Shown here piece after piece: positions 30,601 to 39,600 of a DNA stretch of 64,000 nt. The notes under the pieces are model-generated. The model was not told where the DNA came from, did not search any database, and was given only the letters and a program-made list of their open reading frames with translations. The position numbers and the translations under genes were made by a program. The stretch's first letter is position 1. Every line of letters starts with the position of its first letter. The DNA comes from Akkermansia muciniphila (lineage in GTDB: Bacteria > Verrucomicrobiota > Verrucomicrobiia > Limisphaerales > UBA9464): positions 5,006 through 69,005 of the forward strand of contig CAMDJH010000003.1 of assembly GCA_945900455.1 (NCBI GenBank). Reading direction: 5' to 3'.

Positions 30601-33600
30601 CCGCAAACAGGTTGTCGCCGCCCGGGCCTCCCGCGAGAATGTCGTTACCGGAGCCAGAAATCCCGGTGACGTGGGTCAAATCAATGATTGTTCCGTTGTC
30701 GCCCAACAAGACGTCATCGCCCATCCCGCCATCCAGGGTGTCATCGCCATTGCCACCCACCAGTTTGTCACTGCCGGGTCCACCTTCCAGGTGGTCGTCC
30801 CCTTCTTCTCCGTAGAGTTCGTCATCGGCCTCGCCCGTCGTGGCCGGGTCATCGCCGATCAACACATCGGCGCCATCGCCGCCGTAAAGGGTGTCCGGAC
30901 CATCGCCACCATAGAGTTGATCGTTCCCAGAGCCGCCCCGGAGTTCATCCATGCCGGCATTCCCGTATAGTTTATCCCTCCCATCATCGCCGGAGAGCCT
31001 GTCGTTCCGGGCCCCACCCGTGAGAAGATCGTCCCCAGGTCCGCCATGAAACTCGTTGGTGGCGCCCAGGAACATGTCCTTGGCTTCCTCGGCCACGAGG
31101 GTGTCATCGCCCCCACCACCGAAGAACATACTGCCATCACTTTGACCTGCGTATAGGGTATCGTTGCCATCTCCGCCATACGCATCGACCGGGGCCAGCA
31201 CTCCTCGAACATCCAGGACGTCGTCGCCTTTGCCCGCTTTGACGACGATCCGTTTGACTCCGTTATACGTCTGCTTGATGCCGTTGAAACTGACCTCGAC
31301 CGTTTCGGGATCCGCGTTGGTGCCCGCTCCGGACAGATGTTTGACGATGAACGTTTCCGAACCATCGGCGGTGTCACCGACGATTCGATCGGCGGCCCGC
31401 TCGCCCATGTGCAGCGTCAGCAACCCTGGATCCGCGAGTCCAACCGGGACCAGAGGTCCATGGCCATCGACATCGGCCAGCACCGGCTGCGGGCAGTTGA
31501 TATCGAATGTCAGAATCGTGATACGGGCGAATGTCCATTCAAAATCGAGAGAGAAGAACAGCAGGTTGATCTTCAGGTAAGCGGCCAGTTCAACATATAG
31601 TTCCCCATGAATATCGAAAATGCAGCGAATGTCCTGTTTGGCGTTGGCGATAATCTCACTGACGCGAACTTTGCCGTCGTGATCCGGATCATTGAGGTTG
31701 AATTCGATGACGACGAACACTCCGCCCGTGACTCCAAGTTCGATCGGACCGATGCTAAGCGCCGCCCCGGCAAAGATTCCTCCGTGCAGGGTAATCTCAG
31801 GAACGTCGATCCCCTGATCATTGACGTCCTTGACGAAGAAACCGTCGAGGATATCGAGGAAATTCTTCTCCGGACTGCTGATAAATTTTGCAATGCCATA
31901 GGTATCGTACCCAAAGGTGAGATCAATCTTGGCACCGACCTCTCCTCCAAACACCACATAGAGAGGGGGGTAAAGGGGGATGCTCTGGGAGAAGCGCGCG
32001 CTAAATTCGAGCACCGGCATGTGGTACTCGACGAGGGTCACCGGCTTGCCCGTAAAGAGCTTGAACACTTCGCCGATACTGAGGAACGGGAACTTGAATC
32101 CGAGGTCCTCGAGTTTTTGGAGGAAGTTGCGAGCCCCGGCGTGACTCGTCTGAGTGGAAGGCATCGCCGCCTGCGGATTGGTCTCCCCGGCCATGCGCTG
32201 AATCTGGCCGAAAGGGTTGCGCTGCATGTTCAAACCGCCCAGGGGAATGAGAATGGAACCGTTCGATGCCACATTGGTCTCATTGACCAGCGTGATAATC
32301 TTGCCGATCGCTTCGATAAACTTACGCGTGCCGGGTGTTAGTTCGCCGTAAATTTCCGCCAACCGAACCATGTTGATCGGTTCACCGGCCAAATCCGACA
32401 AAATCGGAATGGGAGCCGTGAGCACATCCACCAGGGGTTGGATCGGTCCGGTCACTTTCTTAATCTGCTCAAGGATAGGAGCGATGAACTGGCCGATGAA
32501 CGAGCCGACATCCAGTTGAACGTTATGGAAACCAATATGCAGGTCTCCATCGGAGTGCCCCCCCAGAGTCCACATCCATTCGAGGTCGAATTCCACCAAG
32601 AGTCTCGGGAACTGGGCATCGCCTCCAAAACTCACCACCAAGTCCAGGTGTACCCCCGCTTCCGCTCCCAGCCGTGCCTCGATGAACCGGTCCAGGCTGA
32701 AGCCAGGGCTCCTCATGTCAGCAAAGGTCAGCTTGTTTCCGCTGCCAATCGGATCCTTGAGGTTGACACTGAAAAACCCGCCAAATGAAGAGGAATGTCG
32801 CTCGTGACCCTGCGCATCCACACCATTCGTTTCATCACTGACATCGAGTTGCAGGAAGAACAGGTTTCCTCGGGCGTGCAGACCCGGAATCGTAATCATG
32901 AAGTCGACCTTCAGCTCTTCCGGATCCTCTGTTCGGAAGTAGAACCCGTCACTGGCACTAACGCCAAAGTACAGCTTTAGATCAAATCCAAGTTGGATCT
33001 TAACATTGCCATCCACGCTCAGGCCCAGCCCTGGCACTCCTACATCAAACTGGATGGGATTGGCCGTTGTATCAACGAGGGCCAGCGATTTCTTGATGCG
33101 GATCTTGAAGTCGATCGCGTTGCCGTTGCAGACGATATCGACATCATTGAACTCGGTGATTGGGGTCCCATCCGGCTTCACAATCAGATCCAGTCCCGGT
33201 TTGCCCAGGACATCGAAGATCGCCTTCTTCACCAAACCGATTGGATCGCCGGCCTTGGCGAGTTCACGTCGGATGTCGGCCAGAAGCCCGTTGCGGAATT
33301 GCCCGATGAATCCGCCCACTTCCATGAGTTTGCTACCCACCAGCGGCAGGTTCCGGTTTAAAACCTTGTTGGTCAGGGCGTCCTGGATCGTTCCCAACAG
33401 GGCGTCCAAGCCGTCGAGCAGAACCGGGGTATTGCGGATTGCGGTGCAGGCATCGAAACCGTGGAGCAAACTTCCCAGATCGGGTGTCAGGATCGTGACA
33501 TTTGAATAGACCTTTCCATTGCCCGGCCCGCTATCACCCGTGGGATTCGCCACAACCGCCCAACCTGGAGGCAGGCTCAATGCGATGACCTGAGCTGCAG

Positions 33601-36600
33601 TCGTCTTAGCCGGCCGAACTCGAACCTGAAGATTTCCGCTGCCGTCCAGTGTCGCGGACGGGCTGTCACCCGGATTGGCAACCTCGATAAACTTGACGCT
33701 CTTGCCGGCGGCCGGTCCCGTGAACTTGAGATCGTTCTGCCCAAACGGGAATCGAAGGATGGCTTCGTTGGTTCCCAGATTGTCATGGAGTGTGGCTGGG
33801 ACAAACAAGCCGGGCAGGCTGGGAATGATGACGACGAGGTCATTGTCCGGGAAACCGTCGAGGTTGCCGTCGCTGGTGCTGCCGAGAGGAATTGATTCGA
33901 TCGGTGCGTAAACCGGCAGCACGGCACTCGCGCCGACGTTCAAATTAAAGCCGATGTTGTGGCCGTCGAAGAACGTTTCGCCTCCGCGCAAGTAGTGACG
34001 GCCATCGTGATTACTGTCTTCAAGTTTGACCGCAAACTCCGCGTCCTGGCCAGGCCCGGTGGTGGCTGGATCCCCGTCGCGATCCAGCGTTGCGGTTCCG
34101 TTCTTGATGTAGGCGCCCACGGCCCCGAGACTGGCACGAAAATTGAGATTGGTTCCGCGTAGTGCGGCGCTCAGCACGATGCCAGTACCGGTATTCGGTC
34201 CATCATAATCCGTGTCGTAGAGGAACGGCTCCCAGTGGCAGGGGCTGCTGACATCCAGGCCGAACACGATCTTGAGATCCGCCTTGGCGGTCACCGCCAA
34301 ATCGCCACTGCCGCTCACCGTGACAAGATCCGTCACACCCTGGAGCAGCGAATGTGCCGGTGAGCCGTCGGGTAGAAAGGCGGCGAGATCTCCAAGACTG
34401 AATTGGAAAGGCAAGTTATTTGCATAAGTCGGCGTATAGGCCAACACCATCTTTAAGGCGGTCTGCTGAACGGCCCCACTTCCGTTATTGCCCGGGTCCG
34501 CAGCGCCGTCCAGCTGAGCCGTGAATGGGAGGCTGGCGCCGTGGGCTGAAGCCATGGCATCACGAATCGTTGCGGCCGTCGTATACGTCGCGTTATACCG
34601 GATCTTGAGAGCCTTGTGCGGTGCATCGTACTCCGCCGTCGCGACATTTGCATGCGCCGCGAGCGTTGCATCATCCACAAACAAGACCTCGCTCAATGTA
34701 TCGCCGTTGTTGTCGGCCTGAAAACTGAGCGCGTTGTTGTCACCGCGCGGGTTAAACGTGGCGCTGGCGCGGGTCGAGATATTGCCCGCCGCAATGGCCA
34801 CCACACTGTGTTCGACGGAGAATTCGAGGTTGTTGTCCGAGAGATGGAGCAATTCCTCGATCGTATGTTCCAATTGGTCGAGTTGCTCCCCTTCCCCACG
34901 GCCGACCGCCTGGATCGTCTCGGCAATCTGGCTCGCGAAATCAAGAATATCACCAATGCTTTTATTGATCAGCGGCAACGGTTTATTGAGGAAGTCAAAG
35001 GTGTTGATTTGTCGTAACTGATCACTGAGAGATGCGAGGGTGATGGCGAAGTCGGTGAAACCGAGACATCGGAAATTCATCAGGGCGCCAAAATTGGGAT
35101 ACGTAATGAACACGCCCTGGTCATTGACACCGACCTCGTATGGATTGGGGTTGTATTGCAGATGCCGGAAATCCGGGATCTTGATGGTGATCGCCGGTGT
35201 TCCGGTCAGCAGGCCTGGAATGTTCGGCGTGACCTTGAGATTGGGCAGATTGACATCCAGGTCCGCATGAAAACTCGGATCAAGTTGGACATAGCTTCCA
35301 ATATGGGACAGGTCACCCAGGATCCGGGTAAGATCGATCCGATTCCCCCCGTCCGGGTTGCGAACGTTCAGCAGGACCGAAACATTACCCATCGCCGAAC
35401 CGATCCCGTGGCCCATGCCATCGTGCCCGATATCGACACCAAAGATGGCGAACCGTGCGGTGGCTGCCAGATTGCTGGCCGAAACGGTAAGCATACCTCC
35501 GAAGGACGCGTTATCGAGGAAGATGCCAAGGATTGGGGCCCGCCCGACTCCGCCAGTGAACCCGATCTCAGTGACCATGGGATCGTTCGAGAGAGCCTCG
35601 ATCTCGATTGACGTGACGCCGAACGGAACGACATCCAGGCGGCCGTTCGGGACGAGTGTGTCTTCAAGAGGATCGAGAACCCCGTTACGGTTGGTGTCCT
35701 CGTTGATCGCTTCCAGCACGAGGGCATTTCCGGAGACCACAAAATGAACGACCTCCCGGATGAGATGCCCATGGAATCGGTAACTCGCCGGTGCCAGGAC
35801 CAGGAGGTTATTGAGGTCATCACGCAAATCCGTGAGTTGCGTATTCAGAGCCGAGTGGGGCAGCGTGAACCGGAAGCGGTCGCTGTCGCTCAATTTGATC
35901 GAGAACGTGGAATCCGCCGTGATGCGGCCACTCGACGGCGGTGGAACGACGATCGAGGTAACCAGGCGAGGTGCGGCGCGTTCGTTAAAATCGAACCCGA
36001 GAGTTGCCGCCAGGCTGACCTGTCCATCCAAACCCAAATCACCCGAGGCGCCAAAATTAGCCAGATCTCCCAAACCAATGTTGGTATTATAGGTGAATGA
36101 AGTCGAGGTGGCGAAATGATAACTAAACTCCACGCGGAATGTGAGGCGACGGTTCGGCTGATCGTAATCCAGGTGGATATCGAAGTGCAGCGGACCCTCG
36201 TCATCCGGATCGAGGAGGTCCTCGAGTTTGGCGAACAAGCTTTGCAGGGTGGGAAGCTTGAGGTGTTCGACGCCCGCCTGCCCGCTGCGGAACCCGAGTT
36301 TGGTAAAGATCGGATTGTTGGCGTCGGTGCCGGCGATTCCCAGGCTAAATCCATCAAGGAGTCGAAAAGCCAGGTTGCCGCGCATCACGGTGGCTTGAAC
36401 TTTCTGTGCGGGGTTCCCGGGGAACGCCGCCAGGGCACTGTTGATTTCAGCCGCCAGGTCCGCGATCGAATGCCGACTGCCGTTGACGGCAGGCAGGATG
36501 ATATCCGGCGTAGCGACGTCATTGATGAGGAGACTGAATTTCAAGGGGGCAGAAAATTCGCCCCGCAACACCGCGGGCGTTGGTGACGCTCCGAGATTGC

Positions 36601-39600
36601 CGGTCATGTTCACATCGACCAGATCGCGGTATACTTGGTCGAGGAAGGCGGTGGAAAAATTGAAGGTCGACTTTAGTTTAATCCCATTCCCGAATGGCAA
36701 CTCGATGTTCAGAGCCTCCTGATCTCCGAGACGCGACAGGAAACCGATGAAGCGCCGTAAATCACCCAGGACGGTGGTGCCATTGAACCCGAGGAACCGC
36801 ACGACGATATCCGCACCCACGTCTCCCATGGTGTCGATCCGGAAGCTACTCGCGTCGCGGATATCATCCCAGATCAGGCCGACGTGGAACGTGCCCAGGT
36901 TGAGGAATGGATCCTCCGAATCGAAACCGGCGGCCACGGTGAAATTTCCCACGAGCGTCAGATCGGGCGCGCCGGGATCGTCGTGCACCGTCACGGTGAT
37001 ATAGTCGGCCAGGCGGTCCCAGGCTTCATGTGGGCGCAGGCGACCGGGAGCTTCACCGCCGAGAAGCGGGTCGGCCGCCGTTTCCTGGAGGTCGATCTCG
37101 AAACTCACTCCGGGCGCCAAATGGACCATGCCGCCATCGAGTTTTACGGAAAGCAGACCAAATTGGCCCGCTCCTTCGATTTCTCCGGAGACCACGATGT
37201 CACGAATTACAATCTCCGAGGACGATAGATCGGTTCGCACATAGAATCCGCGTTCGTCGACTCCGAGATCCAGCTCCAGGTCCACCATGACGGATAGATC
37301 GATGTCCGCCTTTAGGCTGAGCGAGCCTCCCAGCAGATCGAGATCGATCATGGGGTGGGCGCTGATCGCCCGGTGAACCCCCACGTGGAACTGGTGGTCG
37401 CTGCCGGCGGTGGTGGCGGTCACATTGCCCGGGATATCATCTAATCCATCCAACAAACTGATCAGTTGCCCGTCGGTCGTAATCGTCACCCCGAGATCGG
37501 AGAACTGGAAACGGCTCGCACCGCCCTCGAGGATGCGTGCAAGTAAGGTTCCTATTTGATCCTCGGAAGATAGTCCCTCTTCCGTTTCTGTTTCCGGACC
37601 GTCGCCCGGGTCACTCAGAGGGGCTCCCAGGCGGAAAGGCACCCCGAAGACCGATCGGCCGAAGGAGCCCCCAAAGGGCCCCACGTCGCGTCCCAGCAAA
37701 CCCCGATCCTGCAACGGCCATGAGCTGTCAGAGAACAAACCCAAGCCCCGCCCGAAAGACCTCAATATATTTGCGAAACTCCCATGGTCTTCGACGGTCT
37801 CGGTGTTCAGCGCGGTCACGCGCTCAAAGCCAACGGTAAGCAACCGTACGGGAGGCAGCGCGGCATTCAAGACAGGCCCCAACGTCGCGCCCGTGAATTC
37901 AACCGTGTCGGCATTCGCGCCCCCATCGTATCGAATGCGCTGGGGGAAGGCGACGTCCCCGTTTTCGCTGTCAATGACCAGTCGATCGTCACCCCCATTC
38001 GAGAAGATCGAGACCGCCTGTACTTGCGACGCCGCCACCCTCAGCAACGTCACTCCACCCACAATGACTTCCAGATCCTCGGGCACCAATACGGAATCGC
38101 CATCGAGTTGCAGGCGAATGGTGTCGGCTCCGGGCCCCGTGTCGATTCGTAGCACCGGCTCTTCGAACGCACCGGCGGCGGCACCGGTCATTTTCCACGC
38201 GCCACGGCCCAGGGTTGCGGCGACCAGCACGTCATCCACGCGGTCGTAGTCGAGATCGGTCACCGTCACATGCGGCAAGCCATTGCCGAACCGCCGCCAA
38301 ACGATATCCGCCGGAGCGGTAGTGGCGAGCGTGGCCGGGTCCTCCACAGGGAGGCGATAGACCCCGTTGCCCGTGCCCGCCAGCACTACCAGCTTGCCAC
38401 CGCGTTCAATGACACTCACGGACTTGTTGCCCTGACTTAATCCAAGCAGGGTCCCGGTTATATCCGTGGCGATCGCGCCCGTGATGGTCTCGGCGGCACC
38501 CACCCCGGTCGTTGTGACCCGGATCATCCAGACATGGCTACCGTCGACCGCGAAGGCGGTGCGCCAATTGTGCGGATCGAGAACGAGATAGCTTACAGAG
38601 GAGACTCCCGCCAGCGCGACCGTGCCAGGAAACGTGCTGCCATCGTCCAGGCTCACGATGACATTATTGCCTCGCGCGACATAGATGACGTTTGGCCTGG
38701 TATCCAGGTTATCCCGACCGCCGTACGCCAGGGCAGACACCTTAGTGGGTAGCAACGCACCGGTGTTCAAAGGAGTGATCGTATCGCCGTGATCCATGCT
38801 CCGATACACCTGGGCTCGTCCCAGCAGAAGCCGGTCCGGCGCCACCTCATTCACGACCATGGGGACATATTCGAATCCAGAACCCCGGGCCAGAGCGGCG
38901 TCGGTGCCCCATCCATCCACGGTCCCGTTGGTAGCATCCAACCCACTGCGAAACAGCGCCGCACCTCCCGCGGTAACCAACGCTTGGCTCCGCAACAGAA
39001 TCGAATCCACCCGCTGCCAGTTGCTTCCGCCGGTATAAGCAGCGTTGCCCACTACGTTGGTGAGCGTGAATTGATTGGGGTTGACGACGGCCACCTTCCA
39101 GGTCCCGGTGGCGGCCGTGTTGCCTCCGCCTAAAAATGCCGGCGCGGTCGTATCCGCGTTGTTCCAGACCGTGACTCTGTCGTCGTTCACCAGTCCATGA
39201 TTATTTGATGTAATCGTGACGGGCACCCCATTTCCGGTCATGTTCGCGACAGGAATCGGGTGAATCACTACAAAGTCACCCCCCCCGCGGTAAGCTCCGT
39301 TGAACGCCAGTCCGTTCACGGTGAAATTATTGACATCCACCACAGTGACACCGAACGCTTGGCCGTTGATCCCGACCAAACCCACCACGCTTGAAAACTG
39401 GGCAAAATCGGTGTTCGCCAAGCCGTGTGCCACCGAGTTCACCCGCACCGCACCCGCCACATTGGTGATATTGGTGATCGTGTGACTGACCGGCCGAATC
39501 TCGTTATTGAGGTTATCGAACGTTCGCAGGGATAAGAATCCCAGGTTGTTCGACATGATATACCGCAGTGAATTACCCCCGGCGTAATCCACCGCCACAA

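Noticed and set aside
22250-31200. Possible CRISPR-like or tandem DNA repeat array suggested by the periodic sequence
   Set aside because: The periodicity comes from in-frame GGxGxD/RTX codons within one ORF. The units are degenerate at the DNA level, there is no constant repeat/spacer structure, and there are no cas genes.
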